Positions 6,607 through 15,083 of a stretch of 52,776 nt of DNA are shown in pieces (the stretch's first letter is position 1; each line of letters begins with the position of its first letter). The notes beneath the pieces were generated by a model that was not told the origin of the DNA, searched no databases, and worked only from the letters and a program-made list of their open reading frames with translations. The position numbers and the translations under genes are program-made. Source of the stretch: Dehalococcoidia bacterium (GTDB lineage: Bacteria; Chloroflexota; Dehalococcoidia; UBA2979); NCBI GenBank assembly GCA_023228765.1, contig JALOAM010000002.1, positions 1 to 52,776 of the forward strand, written 5' to 3'.

Positions 6607-7659
6607 ATGAAGCTACGTGATCTGGATGCGCTTCTTTCCAGGTGGCAATCGCACGGCCTGCTCTCCGAGGAGCAGGCCGGTGCGATCCGGGCGTTCGAGG
6701 TGGAGGACGACGAGGACACCCTCATCGAGCGCGACGAGGGCGCGGACTTCGACCTGGGTGCGTTGCTCTCGTACGGCGGAGCGCTGGTGGCGCTGGGGGC
6801 CGTGATCGGGCTGTACGCGACGCTGTTCGACGACATCGGGCACAGCGGACGCATTCCGGTGACGTGGGGCGTCGCGGTCGGTGCGGGCGTGCTGGCCTGG
6901 GTGTTCTCGCGCGCCCGAGGTGGCGGCGCGGCGGCGGATGCCACCGGCTTCGCGACGACGATCCTCGTCGCGTGGGCCGTCATCGAGCTGTTCGACGCAG
7001 CCGGGTGGTTCGAGAGCCGCGCGTTCGAGGGTGAAGCGGGGTATCACCGCGACCTCGCCGAGATGCGCGTCGCATGGATCGTGATGAGCATGGTCGTGGC
7101 CGGGACGGGGTACGCGCTCGCGAGGTACCTCCCCGCGCCGATGGCGGCACTGTCCGCGAGCGTGGCGCTCGCGTGGGCGGCGGCGATCCTCGGCGGGTGG
7201 ATCGGCGATCCGAGCAGCGAGGGGCCGGGCACCGTGGGGTCCCAGTTCGCTGTGATCGTCGGCATCGTCCTCGCCGCTGTCGCGCTCCTCGACCGGCTCG
7301 CGCTCGATGACCGCGCGACGCTGTGGTGGCTGATCGGGGCGCTCGGGACGATGAACGTGGGGGCGGTCTTCCTCAGCGGGGACGAGGGCGGCGCTTACGA
7401 GGCGCTCCTGCTCGCCTACGCGATCGGGCTCGGGCTGGCCGCGATCTTCGCGCGCCGGAAGGTCGTGCTCGTCTTCGCCGCGCTGTTCCTGTACGAGTGG
7501 GTCGGCTTCGTCGTCTTCCGCACGTTCGAGGGCGCCGTTGCCGCGATCATCGTGACTGCGCTCGTCGGCCTCGGGACGGCCGTGGGAGGCATCGCAGTGC
7601 AGCGCGGCCTGATGGAGCGCCTCTGGGCCCGCCGAGGCCGGAGCACGCCCGCGGCGTAG
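6607..7659 (+). CDS. Multi-pass membrane protein (DUF2157-like N-terminus)
   Basis: Soluble N-terminus MKLRDLDALLSRWQSHGLLSEEQAGAIRAF followed by about 9 hydrophobic helices. ATG at 6607. Confidence 0.6.
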   Translation: MKLRDLDALLSRWQSHGLLSEEQAGAIRAFEVEDDEDTLIERDEGADFDLGALLSYGGALVALGAVIGLYATLFDDIGHSGRIPVTWGVAVGAGVLAWVFSRARGGGAAADATGFATTILVAWAVIELFDAAGWFESRAFEGEAGYHRDLAEMRVAWIVMSMVVAGTGYALARYLPAPMAALSASVALAWAAAILGGWIGDPSSEGPGTVGSQFAVIVGIVLAAVALLDRLALDDRATLWWLIGALGTMNVGAVFLSGDEGGAYEALLLAYAIGLGLAAIFARRKVVLVFAALFLYEWVGFVVFRTFEGAVAAIIVTALVGLGTAVGGIAVQRGLMERLWARRGRSTPAA

Positions 7660-7716
7660 CCACGCTCGCGGCCGGAAGGTATGCCGGTGGCGCGGCCGCC
7701 GCATGAGGAGGGGACG

Positions 7717-8115
7717 ATGGCACTCACGGACGAGCAAAAGCAGTTCCTCGCGGATCACGACCTCGCGGTCCTCGGGACCGGGAAACGCGATGGCTCGCCG
7801 CAGCTCTCGACGGTCTACTACGACTGGGACGGCGAGCGGGTCTACATCTCGGTCACCTCGGACCGTGCCAAGTGGAAGAACGCGATGCGCCAGCCCGCGG
7901 TCTCCCTCCTCGTGCCGGACGGCCGGAAGCAGCTCGTCGTGTACGGCACCGCCGAGGGCATCACGGATCCGGACGAGCGCGACGAGCGCGTGGTCGCCCT
8001 CCGTGCCCGCCGCGGCGTCGAGGTGACAGACCGCGCCGCCCTCCGCAGGGAGCAGGACGAGGCGAACCGCGTGATCCTCGCGATCCGCCCGGAGCGCGCG
8101 TTCAAGAACGACTGA
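7717..8115 (+). CDS. PPOX-class (pyridoxamine 5'-phosphate oxidase-like split barrel) probable F420-dependent enzyme
   Basis: LGTGKRDGSPQLSTVYY...DGERVYISVTSDRAKWKNAMRQPAVSLLVPDG...VVYGTAE matches the Rv1155-like pattern. GAGGAGGGG lies upstream. Confidence 0.75.
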   Translation: MALTDEQKQFLADHDLAVLGTGKRDGSPQLSTVYYDWDGERVYISVTSDRAKWKNAMRQPAVSLLVPDGRKQLVVYGTAEGITDPDERDERVVALRARRGVEVTDRAALRREQDEANRVILAIRPERAFKND

Positions 8116-8211
8116 CCGGCGAAGGAGAATCCCGGCAAATCGGCTTTGTCATAGCGTCATGCTGGACTTTGATGGTACTTCGTTGACGTTGTAGGTAGAA
8201 CGAAGGCATCT

Positions 8212-9297
8212 ATGACAGAGCGACCCTCCACCTTCCTGGCACGCGTGACCTCGCGCCGGCGCTTCCTCGCTGGGGCGGGGGCCGGCGCCGTCGGCCTGTT
8301 CCTCGCGGCATGCTCGGGTGACGGGGACGACTCGGACGGCGACGCAACCGCGACCTCCACGTCCGAGGCCACGCCGACGGGGACCGCCACGACCGAGGCG
8401 ACGACCGCCGCCACCGAGTCCGCCGGAGGCTATCCGCGGACGATCACGCACGCCTTCGGCGACCTCACGCTCGACGCGCGGCCGGAGCGCATCGTGCTGC
8501 TCTCGGACGCCGAGCCGCTCGACAGCCTGCTCCAGCTGGGCGGCACTCCCGTCTCGTTCGTGTTCTCCGGGGGCTACATCGGGCGTCTTCCCGAGTGGGT
8601 CGCGGACCTGGTCCCGGCGGACGTCCCGCAGCACGAGGACCTGGGCTTCGGGGTCTACGACCTCGAGCGGATCGTGACGGAACAGCCGGACCTGATCCTC
8701 GGCGTGTGGATGGGCGAGGAGGGCTACGACGCGCTCTCGAAGATCGCTCCCACGGTCAGCCTCAAGGAGGTCGAGGAGACGACCTGGCAGGAGATCCACC
8801 AGATGATGGGCGCGATCCTCGGCGAGGAGGAACTCGCCGACCAGCAGATCGCCGCTGTCGAGGGGCTGTTCGACACGGAAGCGGCGCGCGTCGCCGACTA
8901 CCAGGACCGCTCCGTCGCCGTCGCCTACGAGTTCAGCGAGCAGCTGAACATCCACGGTGAGCGCGCCCAGATCGCGAAGCTCGTGAAGGGCCTCGGCTTC
9001 GAGGTCGTCGCGCCCGGCCCGGACATCACCGTCACCGCCATCGAGCGGTGGAGTGACGTGGCGGACGCCGACATCCTCCTCTCGCCGTCCTTCTCGGAGG
9101 AGCGGATGGACGCGCAGCTCTCGAACCCGGTGTTCAGCGGCCTGCCCGCCGTCCAGAACGGCTCGTGGATCGTCCTCGGGCCGGAGCTGGCGCAGGCCGG
9201 CTACCTCGAGAGCGCGCTGAGCACGGAGTGGCTGATCCCGCGCATCGCCGACGCGATCATCGAGGCCGCCGAGGGGCGAGGCGAGCCGGCGGCCTAG
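8212..9297 (+). CDS. Tat-signal lipoprotein, ABC substrate-binding protein of the Fe-siderophore/heme/cobalamin type
   Basis: SRRRFLAGAGAGAVGLFLAAC (twin-arginine motif plus lipobox), a Thr/Ala/Glu linker, then YPRTITHAFGDLTLDARPERIVLLSDAEPLDSLLQLGGTPV and PDLILGVWM, typical of this binding-protein class. Confidence 0.75.
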   Translation: MTERPSTFLARVTSRRRFLAGAGAGAVGLFLAACSGDGDDSDGDATATSTSEATPTGTATTEATTAATESAGGYPRTITHAFGDLTLDARPERIVLLSDAEPLDSLLQLGGTPVSFVFSGGYIGRLPEWVADLVPADVPQHEDLGFGVYDLERIVTEQPDLILGVWMGEEGYDALSKIAPTVSLKEVEETTWQEIHQMMGAILGEEELADQQIAAVEGLFDTEAARVADYQDRSVAVAYEFSEQLNIHGERAQIAKLVKGLGFEVVAPGPDITVTAIERWSDVADADILLSPSFSEERMDAQLSNPVFSGLPAVQNGSWIVLGPELAQAGYLESALSTEWLIPRIADAIIEAAEGRGEPAA

Positions 9298-9367
9298 CCG
9301 CCCTCGTCCTCCGCGGGCGCCGCCCGGCGCGTGGCTCCTCGCGTAGACTGCCCCGCGAGGAGCCACC

Positions 9368-9772
9368 ATGCCTGCCGACATCACCCCGGAACACGCCGCC
9401 TACCTCCGCGAGCGCCAGATCGGCATCCTCGCGACGTCGAGGAAGGACGGCTCGCCGCAGCAGTCGATGATCACGTACCTGTTCGATGGCGAGCACATCG
9501 TGATCTCGACGCTGAAGACGTCGGCGAAGTGCCGGAACATCCGGCGTCAGCCTCTGGTGTCGCTGCTCGTCCCGGACGGGAAGCAGCAGGCGATCGTGTA
9601 CGGCACCGCCGAGGTCATCGAGGGCCGCGAGCGCGACCGCTACATCATGGCGATCCGGGAGCACCAGGGCGATCCGCTCCCCGCGGACTATGACCTCGAC
9701 CGGTTCAGCGAGCGGCTGGATGAGCTGGGACGCATCATCATCCGCATCAGGCCGGAGCGCGTCCTCGGCTAG
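9368..9772 (+). CDS. PPOX-class probable F420-dependent enzyme (paralog of 7717-8115)
   Basis: LATSRKDGSPQQSMITYLFDGEHIVISTLKTSAKCRNIRRQPLVSLLVPDG...IVYGTAE. Shares identical SLLVPDG and VYGTAE blocks with the upstream paralog. Confidence 0.75.
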   Translation: MPADITPEHAAYLRERQIGILATSRKDGSPQQSMITYLFDGEHIVISTLKTSAKCRNIRRQPLVSLLVPDGKQQAIVYGTAEVIEGRERDRYIMAIREHQGDPLPADYDLDRFSERLDELGRIIIRIRPERVLG

Positions 9773-9845
9773 CGTCTTCCGTTCGCCACGGGTTCTCCAC
9801 GAGAGCAGCGCCTATCGCAGCCGCCGTCTCGGGTACGGTGGAAGC

Positions 9846-10292
9846 ATGCCCTGGGTACCGAATCCTCTGTATCTCCTGGTCGGCGAGTGGCTCCTCCGCA
9901 ACGGGATGCCGGTCGTCCTCCGGCGGCTCACGAAGACGCCGCCCGTCGCGATCATCCTGTTCGAGGGCGAGGCGAAGCTGGAGCACGGCCCGGAGAACGT
10001 GGTCGGCCTCCTCTCCGTGACGCCCTCGACGCTCGTGTTCGCCCCTCGGGCGCTCCGCACGCGCGGGACCGCGGCGGTGATCCCGCTCACGGAGGTGGAG
10101 GACATCGCCGCGACGAGGGGCCGACTGTTCGGCCTCATCCCGTTCTGGAACAACGGCATCAAGGTCCGCACGAAGCGCGGCATCTTCCGCTTCCGTGTCG
10201 ACTCCGCCGATCGCCCCACCTGGATGCGCGAACTCCACGCCGCCTGGGCGAACGCCCAGCGCGCCGCCGCGGACGCACCCGCGGAGGGGTAG
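9846..10292 (+). CDS. Hypothetical protein with a GRAM/bacterial PH-like domain
   Basis: LLSVTPSTLVFAPR...VIPLTEVEDIAATRG...NGIKVRTKRGIFRFRV resembles membrane-proximal PH/GRAM folds. ATG at 9846. Confidence 0.5.
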   Translation: MPWVPNPLYLLVGEWLLRNGMPVVLRRLTKTPPVAIILFEGEAKLEHGPENVVGLLSVTPSTLVFAPRALRTRGTAAVIPLTEVEDIAATRGRLFGLIPFWNNGIKVRTKRGIFRFRVDSADRPTWMRELHAAWANAQRAAADAPAEG

Positions 10293-10376
10293 CCGCCCTC
10301 GAACCTCCCGGGGGGGCGTGCGACACTCGCTCGACCGGCGCGGGGAGGCCTCGCGTCCTGTTCGAGGGAGATCCGA

Positions 10377-12206
10377 GTGCTGAAGTCCATCGGCTGCGGT
10401 GAGGTGCGTGCGGAGCACGCCGGGGCGCAGGTGACGCTCGCCGGCTGGGTGCACCGACGGCGCGATCACGGCGGGCTGATCTTCCTCGACCTGCGCGATT
10501 CCACCGGCCTCGTGCAGGTGGTGGCCTTCCCGGAGGATGCTGGGTTCGCCACGGCGGAGTCCGTGCGCTCCGAGTACGTCGTGCAGGTGCAGGGTGAGGT
10601 GGCCCGCCGCAAGGAAGGTACCGAGAACGCCGACCTGCCGACCGGTGAGATCGAGGTGCGCGTCGCCTCGCTGCGCGTCCTGAACGAGGCGGAGACGCCG
10701 CCGTTCCCGGTGAACCAGGACACGGAGGTCGCCGAGTCGACCCGCCTGCGCTACCGCTACCTGGACCTGCGCCGCGAGCGCATGCAGCGCAACATCCGCC
10801 TGCGCCACCGGGTGGTGCATCTGATCCGCAACTTCATGAGCAGCCGCGACTTCATCGAGGTCGAGACGCCGGTCCTCGGCCTCGCGACGCCGGAGGGCGC
10901 ACGCGACTACCTCGTGCCCTCCCGGGTGCACCCGGGGTCGTTCTACGCGCTGCCGCAGTCGCCGCAGCAGTGGAAGCAGCTGCTGATGGTGGCGGGCGTG
11001 GACCGCTACTTCCAGATCGCCCGCTGCTACCGCGACGAGGACCTGCGCGCGGACCGGCAGCCGGAGTTCACCCAGCTCGACCTGGAGATGGCGTTCGTGG
11101 AGCAGGAGGACATCCTGCGCCTGACGGAGGACCTCTACCAGCACTTGGCCGCCGAGGTTGGTGGGTTCACGGTGCCCGCGGAGTTCCCCCGCCTGACCTA
11201 CGCCGAGTGCATGGAGCGCTTCGGCTCCGACAAGCCGGACCTGCGCTACGGCATGGAGATCACCGACCTCACGAACGACGTGCGCGGCACCGAGTTCCAG
11301 GTGTTCACCCGCGTGATCGAGGATGGCGGGCGCATCCGTGCCATCGCCGTACAGGGTGGCGCTGACATCTCCCGCCGAGGGCTGGACGCCCTGACCGAGG
11401 TCGCGCGCGAGAACGGCGCGAGTGGCCTCGTGTGGGTGCAGTTTACCGGGGAGGGCCCACTCGACGGCATCACCGCCGATGACATCAAGACGCCGGTCTC
11501 CCGCTTCTTCTCGCCGGAGGACCTCGCGGGCCTCGGGGCGGCGTGTGGCGCGAAGCGGGGCGACCTGCTGCTCATCGCCGCGGGCGCCGACGCGATGACC
11601 TCGCGCGTGCTGGACGTGCTGCGCCGCCAGCTCGCCGAGGAGCGCGGGCTCGCGGACCCGGACACGCTCTCCTTCCTGTTCGTCACCGAGTTCCCGATGT
11701 TCGAGTACGACGAGGACCACGAGCGCTGGAGCGCCGTGCACCACCTGTTCACCTCGCCGTTCACGGACGACCTCGGGATCGTGGAGAGCGACCCGGGGGC
11801 GGTGAGGTCCCACGCATACGACCTGGTCTGCAACGGGCAGGAGGTCGCCTCGGGCTCCATCCGTATCCACTCGCGCGACGTGCAGATGTCGGTGCTCCGC
11901 GCCCTCGGCCTGTCGATGGATGAGGCGATGCTCAAGTTCGGGCACATGCTGGAGGCCTTCACGTACGGCGCGCCGCCGCACGGCGGCATCGCGCCGGGCA
12001 TCGACCGGACGGTGGCCCTCTTCGCCCGCGAGCGCGACATCCGCGAGGTCATCGCCTTCCCGAAGACCAAGACCGCGAGCGACCTGCTGATGGGCGCGCC
12101 GGCGGCGGTCACGGCCGAACAGCTCAAGGAGGTCCACGTCGACCTCAACGCTGCCGCGCGGGAGCACCTCGCGAAGCAGGCGAGCGAGGACGAGGTCGAG
12201 GCGTAG
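10377..12206 (+). CDS. aspS: Aspartate--tRNA ligase
   Basis: Class IIb pattern: OB-fold N-terminus (VTLAGWVHRRRDHGGLIFLDLRD), FYALPQSPQ, QIARCYRDEDLRADRQPEFTQLD and GGIAPGIDR. GTG start with GAGGGAG upstream. Confidence 0.95.
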   Translation: MLKSIGCGEVRAEHAGAQVTLAGWVHRRRDHGGLIFLDLRDSTGLVQVVAFPEDAGFATAESVRSEYVVQVQGEVARRKEGTENADLPTGEIEVRVASLRVLNEAETPPFPVNQDTEVAESTRLRYRYLDLRRERMQRNIRLRHRVVHLIRNFMSSRDFIEVETPVLGLATPEGARDYLVPSRVHPGSFYALPQSPQQWKQLLMVAGVDRYFQIARCYRDEDLRADRQPEFTQLDLEMAFVEQEDILRLTEDLYQHLAAEVGGFTVPAEFPRLTYAECMERFGSDKPDLRYGMEITDLTNDVRGTEFQVFTRVIEDGGRIRAIAVQGGADISRRGLDALTEVARENGASGLVWVQFTGEGPLDGITADDIKTPVSRFFSPEDLAGLGAACGAKRGDLLLIAAGADAMTSRVLDVLRRQLAEERGLADPDTLSFLFVTEFPMFEYDEDHERWSAVHHLFTSPFTDDLGIVESDPGAVRSHAYDLVCNGQEVASGSIRIHSRDVQMSVLRALGLSMDEAMLKFGHMLEAFTYGAPPHGGIAPGIDRTVALFARERDIREVIAFPKTKTASDLLMGAPAAVTAEQLKEVHVDLNAAAREHLAKQASEDEVEA

Positions 12207-12213
12207 CGTCTGA

Positions 12214-12256
12214 TCCGACCCCCTCTCCCGGTTTCGGGAGAGGGTTGGGGTGAGGG
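12214..12256 (+). repeat. REP-like hairpin element, copy 2 (CCCTCTCCCG-GTTT-CGGGAGAGGG followed by TTGGGGTGAGGG)
   Basis: Perfect 10-bp hairpin. Alignable with 4791-4835. Sits 8 nt after the aspS stop. Confidence 0.6.
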
Positions 12257-12366
12257 GCGCCTGCGCCTGTCACGAGGAGGCGGAGCTTGACCGGCTCACT
12301 TCACCTCTGGGGGACTGCGATATGCTGTCGGCCTCCCGCTCACGGACCCGGTGAGATGAGCGTTCC

Positions 12367-14037
12367 ATGAGTCAGAACCGCCTCCTGGCGATCCTGTTGT
12401 CCGTCCTCGCAGTCCTGGTGCTCGTCGTGGGCGGGCTCTCTGCCATCCTGCTGCTGTCCGGCGGTGACGACGACAACGGCGGAACGGCCTCGAGCGGCGG
12501 GGGCGGGACGACCACGGAGACGGGCGGGGGTGGCGGCAACCTCGCCGAGCCGTCCAGCGGACGCATCCGGCTCGCCTCCAGCGACCCGATCACGCTCGAC
12601 CCGCACCTCGCGGGGGACGCGACTTCCGCCGAGTACATCGTCGAGATTTTTGGCGGCCTGCTGACGCTCGACCAGGACCTGAACATCGTCCCGGACCTCG
12701 CCGAGTCGTTCGAGGTCAGCGCGGACGGCCTCACCTACACGTTCACGCTCCGCGAGGACGCCGTGTTCCACGATGGTCGCTCCGTGACCGCCGAGGACGT
12801 CGCGTACTCGCTCAACCGAGCGGCCTCGCGCGAGCTGTCCTCGCCGACGGCGCTCGCCTACCTCGGCGACATCGTGGGGATGCGGGAGTACTTCTTCGGC
12901 CTCGCGGACTCCATCCCGGGGATCCAGGTGGTGGACGATCGCACGATCCAGCTCACGATCGACGCGCCGAAGCCGTACTTCCTCGCGAAGCTCACGTACC
13001 CGACGGCGTTCGTCGTGGACCGGCAGCAGGTGGAGAGCAACCGCAACTGGACGCGGCGCCCGAACGGCACCGGCCCGTACAAGCTCACCGAGTGGCGACT
13101 CGGCGAGCGCCTCGTGCTGGAGGCGAATCAGTCCTACCACCTCGGCCAGCCCTCGCTGCGGGAGGCGGTGTACCTGCTGTCGGGCGGCTCCGCCCTCACC
13201 CGCTGGGAGAACGACGAGCTGGACGTGGCGCCGATCTCCGTGAACGACATCGACCGGGCCCGGGACCCGAACTCTGACCTGGGGCCGTACTACGAGGCGT
13301 TCCCGCAGTTCACGATCTCCTACCTGGCGTTCAACGTGAACCAGCCGCCGTTCGACGACCCCCACGTCCGGCGCGCCCTGGGCATGTCGATCGACCGCGA
13401 GCGGATCGCCAACGTCACGTTCGACGGGATGCTGCAGAAGGCCACCGGCATCCTCATGCCGGGGATGCCCGGCTTCGTGGACGACGACCTGTCGCTCCCC
13501 TTCGACCCGGAAGCCGCGCGCGCCGAGCTCGCCCAGTCCCAGTACGCGGACAACATGCCGGTCATCCAGATCACGGAGGTCGGCGCGGGCGCCGAGGCCA
13601 GCGTGGACATGCAGGCGTTCATCGAGCAGTGGCGCGAGCACCTGGGCGTCGAGGTGCAAGTGCGCCAGAGCGACTTCGCCTCGTTCCTCTCCGCGCAGGA
13701 CCAGCAGCAGCTACAGGCGTTCAGCGCCGCGTGGATCATGGACTACCCGGACCCGGAGGACGTCATCGACCTCCTCCATCACTCCGGCTCGCAGCTCAAC
13801 GCCACGGGCTATTCCAACCCCGAGTTCGACGCGCTCGTGGAGCAGGCCCGCGTCGAGCAGGACCCGACGACGCGCCTCGACCTCTACCGGCAGGCCGAGG
13901 TGGTCCTCCTCGAGGACGCGCCATGGGTGCCGCTCTACTTCGGCGTGAGCCACGTCGTGGTGAAGGACCAGGTGCAGGGCTGGTTCGAGCCGCCGATGGT
14001 GGTGCCGCGGCTGCGCTACATCACGGTCAACCGCTAG
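12367..14037 (+). CDS. ABC transporter substrate-binding protein, family 5 (peptide/nickel, DppA/OppA-like)
   Basis: TM anchor plus Gly/Thr linker, then LAESFEVSADGLTYTFTLREDAVFHDGRSVTAEDVAYS and a WIMDYPDPEDV-type motif. Followed by two permease genes. Confidence 0.85.
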   Translation: MSQNRLLAILLSVLAVLVLVVGGLSAILLLSGGDDDNGGTASSGGGGTTTETGGGGGNLAEPSSGRIRLASSDPITLDPHLAGDATSAEYIVEIFGGLLTLDQDLNIVPDLAESFEVSADGLTYTFTLREDAVFHDGRSVTAEDVAYSLNRAASRELSSPTALAYLGDIVGMREYFFGLADSIPGIQVVDDRTIQLTIDAPKPYFLAKLTYPTAFVVDRQQVESNRNWTRRPNGTGPYKLTEWRLGERLVLEANQSYHLGQPSLREAVYLLSGGSALTRWENDELDVAPISVNDIDRARDPNSDLGPYYEAFPQFTISYLAFNVNQPPFDDPHVRRALGMSIDRERIANVTFDGMLQKATGILMPGMPGFVDDDLSLPFDPEAARAELAQSQYADNMPVIQITEVGAGAEASVDMQAFIEQWREHLGVEVQVRQSDFASFLSAQDQQQLQAFSAAWIMDYPDPEDVIDLLHHSGSQLNATGYSNPEFDALVEQARVEQDPTTRLDLYRQAEVVLLEDAPWVPLYFGVSHVVVKDQVQGWFEPPMVVPRLRYITVNR

Positions 14038-14079
14038 GCGTCACCGGAGCGTCGCGAGCGGGGCGCGGGAGGGCGACAC

Positions 14080-15063
14080 ATGGGCGCGTACGTCATCCGT
14101 CGCCTCGCGTGGCTGCCGCTCATCCTGTTCATCGTCTCGTTCGCCACGTTCGCCCTCGCCCGGTTCGGGCCGGGCGATCCCGTCACGGTGGCCGCCGGTC
14201 AGATCCGCGACCCGGAGGTGCTCGCCCAGATCCGCCAGGACAAGGGCCTCGACGACCCGATCCCCGTGCAGTACGCGCGCTGGTTGGGCGACGCCGTGCG
14301 CGGGGACTTCGGCGAGTCCTTCATCCAGCGAGGGTTCACCGTCTCTGAGCTGATCTTCCCGAAGATGTGGGTGTCCGCGCAGCTCGGGTTCCTCGCGCTG
14401 GTGATGATCTTCGTGGTGGGGATCCCCCTCGGACTCCTCGCGGCGAGGCTGGCCGGGACGTGGGTGGACCCGGCGATCATCGGGACGCTGCTCTTCCTGC
14501 AGGCGATCCCGGTCCTGGTGCTGATCCCGCCGCTGCTCTGGCTGTTCGCGTTGCAGTTCAACATCCTTCCGGTGGGAGGGTGGGACGGAATCTTCGAGAT
14601 CTGGTGGATCGCCGGCGTGATCGCCGTCCCGATCCCGGACCCCCACCTCTACCTCCCGCTGCTCGCGTTCACCCTCCCCGGGTTCGTCGGCGTCGCCCGC
14701 CTCGTTCGGATCTCCGCGCTCGAGGTGAACACGCTCGACTACGTGCGGACGGCGCGGGCGAAGGGACTGTCCGAGGCGAACGTGCAGTGGCGGCACGTCT
14801 TCCCGAACTCGCTGCTGCCCGTGATCACCGTGTTCGGCCTCGCGCTCTCCGGCATCATCGAGGGCGCGCTGTTCATCGAGGTGCTGCTCGGCATCCCGGG
14901 GATCGGGAGCTTCCTGTTCGAGGCGGTCACGAGCCGCGACTACGACGTGATCATGGCCGCGACCGTCATCTTCGCCACGGCGTTCGTCCTCACGAACCTG
15001 CTCGCCGAGATCATCTACGGCCTGGTGGATCCGCGCGTCCGCCTCGGTGCGTCGAGGAACTGA
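14080..15063 (+). CDS. ABC peptide transporter permease (DppB/OppB-like)
   Basis: MGAYVIRRLAWLPLILFIVSFATFAL start, the EAA-loop region DYVRTARAKGLSE, and 6 TM helices. Confidence 0.9.
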   Translation: MGAYVIRRLAWLPLILFIVSFATFALARFGPGDPVTVAAGQIRDPEVLAQIRQDKGLDDPIPVQYARWLGDAVRGDFGESFIQRGFTVSELIFPKMWVSAQLGFLALVMIFVVGIPLGLLAARLAGTWVDPAIIGTLLFLQAIPVLVLIPPLLWLFALQFNILPVGGWDGIFEIWWIAGVIAVPIPDPHLYLPLLAFTLPGFVGVARLVRISALEVNTLDYVRTARAKGLSEANVQWRHVFPNSLLPVITVFGLALSGIIEGALFIEVLLGIPGIGSFLFEAVTSRDYDVIMAATVIFATAFVLTNLLAEIIYGLVDPRVRLGASRN

Positions 15064-15083
15064 GCCACGATGGGAGCGCGCTC

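Noticed and set aside
8116-8211. Relatively AT-rich spacer upstream of the siderophore-type binding protein, checked for an IdeR/DtxR or Fur box and a promoter (TTGACG at 8183).
   Set aside because: The best alignment of GTAGGTAGAACGAAGGCAT to the IdeR consensus TTAGGTTAGGCTAACCTAA matches only about 9 of 19 positions, with no dyad symmetry. No acceptable -10 lies at 16-18 nt from TTGACG. Iron regulation remains possible but the sequence does not support it.
9747-12167. Very long antisense ORFs. Examples: 806 aa opposite aspS, 852 aa at 23106-25664 opposite the BKACE-family gene and sdhC/sdhA, 843 aa at 39321-41852 opposite hyuA, 593 aa at 19290-21071, 556 aa at 27862-29532, 710 aa at 29878-32010, and 474 aa at 36542-37966.
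   Set aside because: Their translations are Arg/Gly/Pro/His/Asp-rich low-complexity strings with no recognisable motifs. The opposite strand in each case encodes a textbook protein. Long stop-free antisense frames are expected at about 70% GC.
12277-12316. TTGACC (12277-12282) and TATGCT (12311-12316) as a promoter for the peptide ABC operon.
   Set aside because: The hexamers are 28 nt apart, too far for a sigma70-type promoter. TATGCT alone may still be a -10 box, but I cannot support a full promoter call.
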